Below, piece after piece: positions 43,871 through 53,168 of a DNA stretch of 64,000 bases. The DNA lies in contig JAWCRZ010000002.1 of assembly GCA_038868995.1 (NCBI GenBank), positions 24,726-88,725 of the forward strand. Direction: 5' to 3'. Numbering within the stretch: the stretch's first letter is position 1; each line of letters opens with the position of its first letter. The notes below the pieces were generated by a model. The model had not been told where the DNA came from. It did not search any database and saw only the letters and a list, made by a program, of their open reading frames with translations. The stretch is from Candidatus Woesearchaeota archaeon (GTDB lineage: Archaea; Nanobdellota; Nanobdellia; Woesearchaeales; ARS49). The position numbers and the translations under genes were made by a program.

Positions 43871-45165
43871 TCTACATATCCTAACGCTTCCAGCTGTTCT
43901 CTGAGTTCTGGAGGGACCGTCACTTGCGTTCCGTTGCTTGTTGTTTGATTGACCCAGTCGTTGTAAATGGTTGAGAGTGCTGTTGCAAGGTTCTGTTGCT
44001 CCCTGAAGATGTTGTTTTGTTCTCCGGGGTCTTTTGTGAGGTTGAAGAGGTATTGGTAATGTCGCGCCCAGTAGTATTTAACGTCTGTTGTCTGTATTGC
44101 ATACGGAACTGGTTTTCCGTGGTCGCGCTCGCTTATTGCGTATTTTTGTCCTTCTGCGAGTGATTTTCCTTCAAATGTTTCCGGCTTTTTCAACCTCACC
44201 ATGTTTAGAAGAGTTGGAGCGATGTCAATGCTCATTGCAAGTTTTTTACTTACTCCTGGCTTTAATCCCGGTGCAGCTATTATTAAAGGCACGTGCAGGA
44301 GTTCGTTGTATAGCGTGTGTGAGTGCCAGCCGACTTGTCCGTGTTCTCCGAATTCCTCTCCGTGGTCTGATGTTATTACAATAATAGTCCTGTTGTATCT
44401 TCCGATTTCTTTCAATTGTTCTATAAACCATTTCATTGTTCTGTCAACTGATAATATTTCAGCGTCATATGTGGCTATGATGTGCTGCAAATCCTCTTGT
44501 GTGATGTTGTGCTTTTTGTTGTTTATTTTTTTTAGAAGCTCTACTGATATGTTTGTTCCAAGGGTGCCTGTGTAGTTTTTTTCTATTTCCTTCAAAAGTG
44601 CGGGGTCTGGAGTGTATGGGTGGTGTATTTCGTATGTGTGGAGAAAAAGAAACACAGGTCCGTGTGTTTCATTGAGCCATTCCAATCCCTGCTCTGCTAT
44701 CTGCCTGAATGTATCGTTTTTGAACTCTGCAAACACGTCAAAGCCCCTGTCAAAGCCGTATTTTGCTGACATCTGCCCGCTTCCTGTAAAGCCGGCAGTT
44801 GCATACTTCTCCCTTCTGAGTATTTCCGGCAGGGGAAGGTAGTCCTTTGCGTAGCTTGTGTTTCGTGAATTGAAGCTTTGGTGGTGGGAAGGTATGGCTG
44901 ACGTTAGGATTGATGCGTGTGCTGCCTGTGTTGATGGCGCTTGTGAAATTACATTGGTGAACAGTATTCCTTCTGATGCAAGTTTGCAGATGTTTTCAGT
45001 AATGTCAACTTCATATTTGTCGTAGCCGTTGCATGTTAAATGGTCTCCCCTGAAAGTGTCTATTGAGATTAGTATTATGCTGCAGTCAGGGCAGGCGTAA
45101 TCTGCCAAATCGCCTGTTGGCGTGCATGCTGCAAGCAAAATAAAAAGTAAAACTATTTTTTTCAT
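43867..45165 (-). CDS. sulfatase-like hydrolase/transferase (alkaline-phosphatase superfamily), lipoprotein signal; canonical C/S-x-P-x-R FGly motif degenerate
   Basis: Lipobox ILLAACTPTG. ISIDTFRGDH (metal-ligand Asp), ITSDHGEEFGEHG. Nucleophile region ISQAPSTQAAHAS instead of C-T-P-S-R. Confidence 0.75.
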   Translation of the reverse strand: MKKIVLLFILLAACTPTGDLADYACPDCSIILISIDTFRGDHLTCNGYDKYEVDITENICKLASEGILFTNVISQAPSTQAAHASILTSAIPSHHQSFNSRNTSYAKDYLPLPEILRREKYATAGFTGSGQMSAKYGFDRGFDVFAEFKNDTFRQIAEQGLEWLNETHGPVFLFLHTYEIHHPYTPDPALLKEIEKNYTGTLGTNISVELLKKINNKKHNITQEDLQHIIATYDAEILSVDRTMKWFIEQLKEIGRYNRTIIVITSDHGEEFGEHGQVGWHSHTLYNELLHVPLIIAAPGLKPGVSKKLAMSIDIAPTLLNMVRLKKPETFEGKSLAEGQKYAISERDHGKPVPYAIQTTDVKYYWARHYQYLFNLTKDPGEQNNIFREQQNLATALSTIYNDWVNQTTSNGTQVTVPPELREQLEALGYVE

Positions 45166-46430
45166 ATAACATATCCCAAACTTCTGAGCCGTTCGTCTGC
45201 TTCTGACTGCACGGCGCGTTGTTCATCGTTGAGTTTGGTGGTGTTCATCCAGTTGTCGCTTATCCATTTCTTTAATCTGTCAAGCATTGGCTCTTTCTCC
45301 GGGTGTTTTGGATTGTTTTTCTGCTCGTAGGGGTCTGTTGAAATGTCAAAGAATTGTTGCCTGCGCTCAGGCAGATAAATCAAATGGTAGTTTTGCGACA
45401 GCATTGCGTATTCCTGCAGGTCTGTTTTGTTCTTCTGGCGGTAGTATGATCTGCTGATGATGTCGCCTGTTTGGTATTGCTTGTTCTGCACGATGTTGAA
45501 AATGCTTTGTGTTGGCGTGTTTTCTTTGATGCGCTGTGGTTTTATGTTTGGTCCTCTGATGACATAGGGTACGTGGAGAACTTCTGTGTACAGCGTTAGC
45601 GCGTGCCCTATTCTTCCGTGTTCAAGGAACTCTTCTCCGTGGTCTGCGGTTATGATGAGCAGAGTTTTGCTTTTCAGCCCGAGTTCGTCAAGTACGCCAA
45701 CAAGCTCGCCAACGTATTTGTCTGTATAGTAGATTTCAGCGTCGTAGAGTGCTTTGATGCAGTCGAGCTCGCGTTTTGTTATGTTTTTCATGTTGGTGAT
45801 TTCTTTTATGTCCATGGTGTTGTATATTCTGCCGCAGGTTTCCTTTGAATACCCGAACATCTCCTCGTATTCAGGCAGGGGGTTGTAGTTGAAGTGTGGG
45901 TCAAAATAGTGCACCCAGAGGAAGAATTTTTTTTCTGAGTTGTTTTTCAGCCAGTTGATTACCTGCTTGTTTAGGATGTGCGAAGTTACCGATGACCTGT
46001 TCTTCCCTATATTTGTGAAACTTTCGAATCCTTTCCAGTCAGGCGCAACAAGCCCGTGATGGTCTGTGAATGCGGCGGTTGTATAGCCTGCATCCCGCAG
46101 TTCTTCTGCCGCATGGCGTGTGGTGTTGTAGAATGAATGCAGTTCCTCCATCTCCGTGTTTGAAATGACTTTGCCTGTAAGTATTGCGCGCAGTGCGAAT
46201 GGAGTGTAGGATGCCTGGCTGATTGCTTTTTCAAAAAGCACTCCTTCTTCAGCTATTTTGCAGATGTTTGGCGCCGTGTTTTTTGTGTATCCATAGCACT
46301 GCAAGTGGTCTGCCCTTACTGTGTCTATTGTGATTAGCAGTATGTTGCAACCAGGGCATGAGTATTCTGTTTCAGGAACTTGTATGCAGCCGGCGAGAAA
46401 AATTAGTGAAAGAATGATTGCCCGCTTCAT
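45162..46430 (-). CDS. sulfatase-like hydrolase/transferase (alkaline-phosphatase superfamily), lipoprotein signal; paralog of the upstream gene
   Basis: Lipobox IFLAGCIQV. ITIDTVRADH, ITADHGEEFLEHG. Nucleophile region SQASYTPFALRAILTG. Confidence 0.75.
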   Translation of the reverse strand: MKRAIILSLIFLAGCIQVPETEYSCPGCNILLITIDTVRADHLQCYGYTKNTAPNICKIAEEGVLFEKAISQASYTPFALRAILTGKVISNTEMEELHSFYNTTRHAAEELRDAGYTTAAFTDHHGLVAPDWKGFESFTNIGKNRSSVTSHILNKQVINWLKNNSEKKFFLWVHYFDPHFNYNPLPEYEEMFGYSKETCGRIYNTMDIKEITNMKNITKRELDCIKALYDAEIYYTDKYVGELVGVLDELGLKSKTLLIITADHGEEFLEHGRIGHALTLYTEVLHVPYVIRGPNIKPQRIKENTPTQSIFNIVQNKQYQTGDIISRSYYRQKNKTDLQEYAMLSQNYHLIYLPERRQQFFDISTDPYEQKNNPKHPEKEPMLDRLKKWISDNWMNTTKLNDEQRAVQSEADERLRSLGYVI

Positions 46431-48277
46431 ATTAAGCTTTCACCGTCCATGTTTTGAGGCACTGGTGCATCGATGAGTTTCAATACGGTGGGCGCAATGT
46501 CTTTCTGTTCAGGTTTTTCTTTTGTTATTTTGAAGTTTGTAAACAAGATTCCAGGGACAAATGAAGAGTCTATCAAATGGTCTGCTTTCCAGTGCTTGTC
46601 GTTGTCAAATATTGTCTCCTTTGTCAGCCCGCCTATTGCGGTCTGCCACGATGTTCTGTACCCTGGATTGTATCCGATTATGATATCTGGCCCTTCGGGT
46701 GTCTGGTTGCCGGAGTACAGGTCTCTGCTGGTGTAAAGCTTGTAAATGACTTTCCTTCCTTCGTCTGTCAGGTTGGCCAGTTTCTCAATCAGCTCGTTTT
46801 CAATTTCTTCCTTGTCTTCGACAATGCCGTATTTTTCCCTGTCTTTTACGTTTAAATAAATGCTGTTGAATCCCAGGGCGTATGCTTTTGTTTTGCTCCA
46901 GTCAACGTATTTGAATAATCCTCCGTCGTCTTCCGGTTCCTGTTTCAGAGTCATGAATCCGTTGTCCACAAGCCATCTGTTTATGCTGACTGCTCTTTGG
47001 AATGAGCTGAATCCATGGTCTGAAACAATAATCAGCGGAGCATCTCCAATCTGCTCAAGCACTTTTCCCAAAAACGCGTCTTTTTTTACGTAGTATTTTT
47101 CGATTTCCGGATGTATTTTCAGTGTTTTGTTGAACGCATTTTCCTCCCAGAACATGTGTTGGAGGCGGTCTGAGCTGTCAAACACGAATGCGAACACTCC
47201 GCCTTTTTTTTTGAACCGTTCGAATTCCGCCCAGAACATTTTTTCCCTTTCTTCTTCCAGCTGCCATATCTGCTCGAGGAATGCCTTGTCGTCTATTTTC
47301 TTGTCATTTAGCGCTCCTGTGTCTTCTGCGATTCCCAACGTATAGTATAATCCTATCTGGCGTGCCAGCTCTGCCGAGTATTCATTCGGATGGGAGATAT
47401 GGTGGAGCGGATTTTCCGGGTCTATCTGCACTGCTGTCAAATACATCTTAAACGGCTGAGTGCTTATAAGGTATGCTTTTGCTATGCCATATGCATTGTT
47501 CATGAATCCAATTTTGAATTTTATCTGCATCCATTGGCTCCATCCGCCTTCTGGCACTTCGTATGTCTTGCCTTGCAAGGCAAGCATGGCTTTTTCTCCC
47601 TTTATTGTTATCTGTAGTGGCGCTTTGATGTCTGTAAGCTTGTCTCCCTGTCTTTTGCGCGGCCCGTATATTTCTGTCTGGATTGCGTCTCCATTTAATG
47701 TTACCTTGATATTTTTCTCCGGACCTTTTGAATTCTCCACTTCCTCTGAAGTGTAATAAGTGTAGCCGCTCAGCAATCCCCTTACGTCCGGAACTCCCAA
47801 TCCTGACAGCAAATGCCCTTCAATTTTTTCAGGAGGGAATGTTACAGGCCATCTGAGCACGCTTGTTGGGATTTTCTGCCTGCTGCTTGTTCTCCAGAAC
47901 GGGTCTGCCGTGACTATTGACTCATACGCAGTCGCGCCAAGATGCGTTGTGGTTGCTTTTGACATTGCGAGAGACGGCAGGTATGTTGCAGGGTCTCGGT
48001 TGATAAAGTCAAATATGTTGTGCTTGCCTGGATTGCTTCCTGTCGCTATTGTTGTCCACGCGACCGGGCTGTGCGGAGGCATTGATGTCTGCAGTTGTTT
48101 GAATGTTCCAGCGTCTCTCAGTTTCGCGAAATTCGGAAGTTTGCCTTCATTCATTAATCTTTCAAGCGCTCGCGGATCTGCGCCGTCAATGCCGATGATA
48201 AGTGCTTTTTTCTGTGCCTGCTCCATTGTGCATCCGCCCAGCAGTATGATAATGACGAGAATTGTTCGTTTTTGCAA
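46427..48277 (-). CDS. type I phosphodiesterase / nucleotide pyrophosphatase family protein (PF01663-like alkaline-phosphatase superfamily), lipoprotein signal
   Basis: Lipobox ILLGGCTMEQ. LIIGIDGADPRALERL...LQTSMPPHSPVAWTTIATGSNPGKHNIF and VSDHGF motifs. Confidence 0.75.
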   Translation of the reverse strand: MQKRTILVIIILLGGCTMEQAQKKALIIGIDGADPRALERLMNEGKLPNFAKLRDAGTFKQLQTSMPPHSPVAWTTIATGSNPGKHNIFDFINRDPATYLPSLAMSKATTTHLGATAYESIVTADPFWRTSSRQKIPTSVLRWPVTFPPEKIEGHLLSGLGVPDVRGLLSGYTYYTSEEVENSKGPEKNIKVTLNGDAIQTEIYGPRKRQGDKLTDIKAPLQITIKGEKAMLALQGKTYEVPEGGWSQWMQIKFKIGFMNNAYGIAKAYLISTQPFKMYLTAVQIDPENPLHHISHPNEYSAELARQIGLYYTLGIAEDTGALNDKKIDDKAFLEQIWQLEEEREKMFWAEFERFKKKGGVFAFVFDSSDRLQHMFWEENAFNKTLKIHPEIEKYYVKKDAFLGKVLEQIGDAPLIIVSDHGFSSFQRAVSINRWLVDNGFMTLKQEPEDDGGLFKYVDWSKTKAYALGFNSIYLNVKDREKYGIVEDKEEIENELIEKLANLTDEGRKVIYKLYTSRDLYSGNQTPEGPDIIIGYNPGYRTSWQTAIGGLTKETIFDNDKHWKADHLIDSSFVPGILFTNFKITKEKPEQKDIAPTVLKLIDAPVPQNMDGESLI

Positions 48278-48289
48278 TATTAATACCTC

Positions 48290-48493
48290 CTATTCCTTGC
48301 TGAAGATGGCGTTCCACGCTTTTTTTAGCGGCTTGATGAGCCATCGTGAAAAAAATGCGCCAATGGCTCCTAACAGCATCAAAATGAAGGGCCATATGCT
48401 GCCTGCCACCGCGCTTCCTGTTCCGGGGTCTATATAAGCTGTTGCTGAGTTTGCCCCAATTATAATGCCCAATGCCCAAATTCCCCTTTTCAT
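48290..48493 (-). CDS. small membrane protein (67 aa, 2 TM)
   Basis: Hydrophobic ORF between cysN and the phosphodiesterase gene. Confidence 0.4.
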   Translation of the reverse strand: MKRGIWALGIIIGANSATAYIDPGTGSAVAGSIWPFILMLLGAIGAFFSRWLIKPLKKAWNAIFSKE

Positions 48494-48532
48494 GAAAGTG
48501 CAATTATCTTCTGCTTATATATAGCTTTTGCC

Positions 48533-49759
48533 TTAGAATGCCTTTGTTACTATTCCGCCAGCAACAACTTCATTATTTTTGACAATTACAAACCTGCCGA
48601 GTTCTGGTATGTCTGTGAAGTGCGTGACGCACAGTGGAGTGTCTGTCTGTATTAAAACCTCTCCGACTTCTGTCTCCTTAAGTTCTTCAGCGTCCTGTTG
48701 CAGCACTTCCATTGTTGATGATTCGTAGCGGGCTGCTATGTTGTCAATTTTGCACGGCATTTCCTGTGTTGAGCACCTGAGAATTAGCTGGTCGCCTTTT
48801 TTGAAACTGCCTGTCATCCAGAAAAGTGTTGCGTGGAACGTGTTTGTCACGAAAGGTCTTTCTGCTTCGTGTGCGATGATGTTTCCCCTTTCAATTTGGA
48901 ACAAGTCCTTGAGCGTAACTGTGATGCATTCTCCTGCTTTTGCTTCTTTTTTTTCTCCTTCAAACACTTTTATTGCTGATATGCTTGTTTTTTTATTCTG
49001 CGGGAGTACAACTATTTCATCTCCCTGCGCGATTTTTCCTGATTCCACTCTTCCCGCGAGCAGTCGCTCTCCGAAGTAATAAATATCCTGTACTGGGTAT
49101 GCGAGCGGCTTTTCTTCGTCATCCTTCTGTTTTTCTATCATGTCGAGGGCGTCAAGCACTGATGGTCCTTCATACCACGGCATTGTTTCAGTGTATTCTG
49201 CCACAAAATCGCCTTTTTTCGCACTGATTGGAATGACGTGCATCGGCACAATGCTGATTCCTGATAAAAACTGCAGTACGTCTTTTTTTATCTTTTCAAA
49301 CTTCTGCTTGTTGTAGTGTTCCAAATCCATTTTGTTGATTACAACAATAACGTCTTTTATTCCAAGCATTCCAAGAATTACGGCGTGCCTTTTTGTCTGG
49401 ACTTCAACTCCTCTGCTCGCATCTACGATGAGCACTGCCGCATCTGCCTGTGCTGCTCCTGTTATCATGTTCTTGATGAACTCGACGTGCCCCGGCGCGT
49501 CAATTATGACATATCTTCTTTTGTTCGTCCTGAAGAATATTTGCGCGGTATCAATGGTCATTTCCTGCTCTCTTTCTTCCTGCAAATGGTCTATCAGGAA
49601 CGCGAACTCAATTTCTTTTCCAAGCTCTTGCGATGCTTTCTTGATTTCTTCAAGTTTGGCGTCCGGCAGTGAGCCGGTATCGTATAGAAGCCTTCCTGTG
49701 AAAGTTGACTTTCCGTGGTCAACCATTCCAACAATGACTATTTTCAGCGTGTCGTCCAT
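48533..49759 (-). CDS. cysN: sulfate adenylyltransferase subunit 1 (CysN; EF-Tu-like GTPase), no APS-kinase fusion
   Basis: VGMVDHGKSTFTGRLLYDTG, LIDHLQEEREQEMTIDTA, IIDAPGHVEFIKNMITGAAQADAAVLIVDA, NKMD. About 408 aa. Confidence 0.85.
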   Translation of the reverse strand: MDDTLKIVIVGMVDHGKSTFTGRLLYDTGSLPDAKLEEIKKASQELGKEIEFAFLIDHLQEEREQEMTIDTAQIFFRTNKRRYVIIDAPGHVEFIKNMITGAAQADAAVLIVDASRGVEVQTKRHAVILGMLGIKDVIVVINKMDLEHYNKQKFEKIKKDVLQFLSGISIVPMHVIPISAKKGDFVAEYTETMPWYEGPSVLDALDMIEKQKDDEEKPLAYPVQDIYYFGERLLAGRVESGKIAQGDEIVVLPQNKKTSISAIKVFEGEKKEAKAGECITVTLKDLFQIERGNIIAHEAERPFVTNTFHATLFWMTGSFKKGDQLILRCSTQEMPCKIDNIAARYESSTMEVLQQDAEELKETEVGEVLIQTDTPLCVTHFTDIPELGRFVIVKNNEVVAGGIVTKAF

Positions 49760-50562
49760 TACATATACCCCAGTGACCTTAATTTTTGCATCGCGTAAGC
49801 TTTTTCTTTGTCCTGCGACCTGCCTGCCCGTTCAGGAGTCTTGCTTGTTCTTATTTCCTCTATTATTTTTTCTACGGTGTCAGCGTTGCTTTCAATTGGG
49901 ACTGTTATCGGCATGCAGCCCAAGCTTCTGTATCTTTTGCCGTCTTTTGCGAAGTAAAGTGAGTTGATTGGAATGTTTTCCCGCTTGATGTATTCCCAGA
50001 TGTCAAGCTCTGTCCAGTGCAGAAGCGGATGAATGCGTACGTGCTCATCTTCTTCTGTTTTTGACTTGTACTGGTCCCACATTTCTGTTGGCTGGTTTTT
50101 GTAGTCCCAGGTAAATTCTGTATTTCTTGGAGAAAACACTCTTTCTTTTGCCCTGATTCCGTGCTCGTCTCTTCTTATTCCGACAAAGAGTGCTTTGAAT
50201 TTGTGTTTAGCTATCGCCTGCTTGAGCGCGACAGTCTTTAATTCATGGCAGCAAGTTAGCGCGTCGTGAGTTGCGTAGCCGACTCCTCTCGCCAGAGCTT
50301 CCTCATTTTTGCTTATTATCAAAGTCAGTCCCCATTCTTTTGCCCAGTGGTCCCTGAATGCGTACATTTCCGGGAACTTGAATGTTGTGTCGATGTGCAT
50401 TACCGGAAATGGCAGTCTTCCTAAGAATGCTTTTCTCGCAAGCCACAAAAGTGTTGTTGAATCTTTTCCGATGCTCCAAAGAAGTCCAAGATGCTTGAAC
50501 TGGTAATATGCTTCCCTGATTATGTGGATGCTTTGGTTTTCAAGCTTGTCTAAATGGTCCAT
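49759..50562 (-). CDS. cysD: sulfate adenylyltransferase subunit 2 (CysD; PAPS-reductase-like ATP pyrophosphatase fold)
   Basis: LDKLENQSIHIIREAY, SIGKDSTTLLWLARKAF, PFPVMHIDTTFKFPEMYAFRD. Start moved to the internal MDHLDKL (~50562). The six-frame start at 50661 would leave only 1 nt to the divergent GT4 start. Confidence 0.8.
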   Translation of the reverse strand: MDHLDKLENQSIHIIREAYYQFKHLGLLWSIGKDSTTLLWLARKAFLGRLPFPVMHIDTTFKFPEMYAFRDHWAKEWGLTLIISKNEEALARGVGYATHDALTCCHELKTVALKQAIAKHKFKALFVGIRRDEHGIRAKERVFSPRNTEFTWDYKNQPTEMWDQYKSKTEEDEHVRIHPLLHWTELDIWEYIKRENIPINSLYFAKDGKRYRSLGCMPITVPIESNADTVEKIIEEIRTSKTPERAGRSQDKEKAYAMQKLRSLGYM

Positions 50563-50662
50563 TTCAGCCCCTTTCAGGCCTTTAAATCCTGAGGGCCTTT
50601 TTAAATACTTAGATACTGTACGACAATAATCTTTTATAATGTCCACGTGAATTTTTTCCATT
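50563..50662. promoter_or_regulatory. inferred divergent promoter region between cysD and the GT4 gene
   Basis: Pure inference from gene geometry after correcting the cysD start. No motif verified. Confidence 0.25.
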
Positions 50663-51775
50663 ATGCGGGTGGTTGTTGTTGGTCCGGTGTCGCCTTGTAG
50701 AGGTGGAATTTCATACTACACTACCGAGCTGTGCAGGCTTCTTGCAAAAAAGCACCGGGTTGTTGCGTACAGTATGGAGCGCTTATACACGAGTTTATTA
50801 TTTAGGCTGCTTTTCAGGGGCAACAATGTTTTTGACAGCAGCAAGCAGGTGGTTGACAGCGGTGTTGAAACTAAAAGAATAATTTCAGTTAATCCTTTCA
50901 GCTGGCTCAAGGCCGCTGTTAAAATCAGGCGGTTAAAGCCCGATGTTGTTATTGTCACCTGGATTGAGCCGTATATGGCGCCGCTTGCGAAAACGCTTGA
51001 GTGGTTTCTGCCCAAAAGCGCCAGGCTTGTTTTTATCTGCCATAATGTTCTTCCGCACGAGCCTCGCTTGTTCTCAAGACAGCTGGCCGGATTAAGTTTT
51101 AAAAATGTTGACGGGTTCATAACTCACGCTGAGAGCGAGACAAAGAGACTGCTTGAGCTTTGCCCCGGAGCGAGTTATGTTCAGGCTTATCTGCCTGCTT
51201 ACACCTTGGTTAGTGGTGGTGGTTCTATTAGAAAAGAGCTGGGTTTGCGCGGTAATGTCCTTTTGTTTTTTGGCTATGTTCGGCCTTACAAGGGCCTGCG
51301 TTATTTGCTTAAGGCGCTTCCAATTGTTCTCGAGAAAGTTGACCTTGACTTGCTTGTTGTAGGCGAGTTCTGGGAGGATAAGGGCGAATACCTGGACATT
51401 ATCAGGGTGCTTGGCGTTGAAGACCGCGTCAAGATTGTTGACCGTTATGTTCCAAATGAGGATATTGGTCGTTATTTTGCCGATGCTGATGTCGCCGTAT
51501 TGCCTTACGAGTCTGGCAGTCAGTCAGCTGTCGTGCAGGTGGCGTACGCTCACGACACTCCTGTTATCGCGTCAAGAACCGGTGGGCTCGCTGACAATGT
51601 TGTTGACGGCAAAACCGGCTTCCTTGTGGAGCCGAAAAACGAGAAGGCACTTGCCGATGCCATAATAAGGTTCTATATTCAGAAAAAACGAAAGGAGTTT
51701 GTAAAAAACATTAAAAAAATCAGGCAAAAATTCAGTTGGGCTGAGTATATGCGCCGGCTTGAGAGCTTATTCTAA
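50663..51775 (+). CDS. GT4-family glycosyltransferase (GT-B fold)
   Basis: C-terminal ...VLPYESGSQSAVVQVAYAHDTPVIASRTGGLAD.V.DGKTGFLV matches the GT4 E-x7-E region. Confidence 0.8.
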   Translation: MRVVVVGPVSPCRGGISYYTTELCRLLAKKHRVVAYSMERLYTSLLFRLLFRGNNVFDSSKQVVDSGVETKRIISVNPFSWLKAAVKIRRLKPDVVIVTWIEPYMAPLAKTLEWFLPKSARLVFICHNVLPHEPRLFSRQLAGLSFKNVDGFITHAESETKRLLELCPGASYVQAYLPAYTLVSGGGSIRKELGLRGNVLLFFGYVRPYKGLRYLLKALPIVLEKVDLDLLVVGEFWEDKGEYLDIIRVLGVEDRVKIVDRYVPNEDIGRYFADADVAVLPYESGSQSAVVQVAYAHDTPVIASRTGGLADNVVDGKTGFLVEPKNEKALADAIIRFYIQKKRKEFVKNIKKIRQKFSWAEYMRRLESLF

Positions 51776-52831
51776 TATTTTCTTGTATTTCTGGATTTGC
51801 TTTTTTATGTCGTGGTTTTTTTCAAAGTATGCCCTGCACTTGTGTGAGAGTTTCCGCCAGTTTTTTCGCACGCTTTTGATGTCCTGTAGCAGCTGTTCAA
51901 AAGTGTGGGAATGGAAGCCAAGTCCGTAACGGCAGATGGTTTCGTCCACGTCTGTATGCAGGGAGATTACTGGCGTCCCGGCGCGCCATGCCTCGACATA
52001 CACGTTGCCAAATCCCTCTTCCTTGGAGAGCGATATGAGCGCAATTGCCTTTGAGTAATACTCGTGCATTTTTTCGTTTGGAACAAATGGCAGGACTTTC
52101 ATATTGCTCGGCACTGGTTTTTCGTAAGGGCATATCAGCACAAATTTTTCTTCTGGCATTAATTCCGCCAGTTTCACAAAAAGGTCAGGTTGTTTTAATG
52201 CGTTGTTTCTTCCTACGAATAGGAAAAATTCCCTTTTGTTCTTCTTTAATGGTTTGCTGCTTTTGCCGATGTGGATTATTGTTGTTTTTGCGTGCGTTCT
52301 TGGAGGAGTGCGCTTCAGCTGGTCGTTGGAAATCGCCACTATTTTGTCTGCCAGCTGCATGCTTGCCCTGTCGAATATCACCCAGCGCAGGAATGAAACC
52401 GGCTTCCACAGCATTCGTGCGGGTGTTCCAGGGACAACATAGAGGTATTTCTTCGAGTGTTTTTTGCAGAATAATGCTGTTGTCAGGCGTATTTCCCCAA
52501 GTGCTGCGCGATGTATGTAAATGTTTGCGTTGATTTCCCTGAGTTTTTTCCATAGTTTCAGATGGTATTTTAAAATCTGCGCAGGCCTTGTTTTGTACTG
52601 CACAAATCTATTTACAGGTATCCACTGCATTGTCCATACTGTGATGTTGTGTTTCCTGAATTTTTTTTCCTCATCCGCCTCCACGAGCATATGCACGTCG
52701 TAGTTTTTGTCTTTTGCAATCTCGACTGCTTCCTCATGAATTGCTGTTTCTGCTCCGGCATAGGGGTGTGGATATTTTTTATCAAACATTTTGTAGCCGA
52801 AGTGATTTATATAGCAGATTTTAACCGGCAT
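51767..52831 (-). CDS. GT4-like glycosyltransferase (GT-B fold)
   Basis: EGFGNVYVEAWRAGTPVISLH..DETI..YGLGF matches the GT4 C-terminal domain pattern. Confidence 0.7.
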   Translation of the reverse strand: MPVKICYINHFGYKMFDKKYPHPYAGAETAIHEEAVEIAKDKNYDVHMLVEADEEKKFRKHNITVWTMQWIPVNRFVQYKTRPAQILKYHLKLWKKLREINANIYIHRAALGEIRLTTALFCKKHSKKYLYVVPGTPARMLWKPVSFLRWVIFDRASMQLADKIVAISNDQLKRTPPRTHAKTTIIHIGKSSKPLKKNKREFFLFVGRNNALKQPDLFVKLAELMPEEKFVLICPYEKPVPSNMKVLPFVPNEKMHEYYSKAIALISLSKEEGFGNVYVEAWRAGTPVISLHTDVDETICRYGLGFHSHTFEQLLQDIKSVRKNWRKLSHKCRAYFEKNHDIKKQIQKYKKILE

Positions 52832-53168
52832 TCTTCAATCTCCTTAGCCATATGATATTTATCAAAACAAAGGATATGAGCGCTTCGACGATTGCGAAAG
52901 TTACTGCATTTATTGGCAGCGAAAGCAGAAGTGCAGCATACCATCCGATGGAAGTTATTGCCATTCCAATGGCGAAATTGATTGCGTGCGCTTCTGCTCT
53001 TGTGTATTTCTGTCTGCCTATGTGCTGGACTGCAAGGTAGCCGGTTAGGTAAATTATGAATACTGCCCCGCCGAACAAAAATGAGTCCTTGGTTTCCAGC
53101 CGTCGCATAAGTAGCAGGCTTATTAGTATGCATGCAATGAACGCGTCAACCCATCTTCTAACAGTCAT
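52821..53168 (-). CDS. small 4-TM membrane protein (GtrA-like size and topology; unassigned)
   Basis: 115-aa hydrophobic ORF overlapping its neighbours by a few codons. Confidence 0.4.
   Translation of the reverse strand: MTVRRWVDAFIACILISLLLMRRLETKDSFLFGGAVFIIYLTGYLAVQHIGRQKYTRAEAHAINFAIGMAITSIGWYAALLLSLPINAVTFAIVEALISFVLINIIWLRRLKNAG

Noticed and set aside
43867-46430. Calling the two sulfatase-fold proteins true arylsulfatases
   Set aside because: The C/S-x-P-x-R formylglycine motif is not intact in either. Annotated at superfamily level only.
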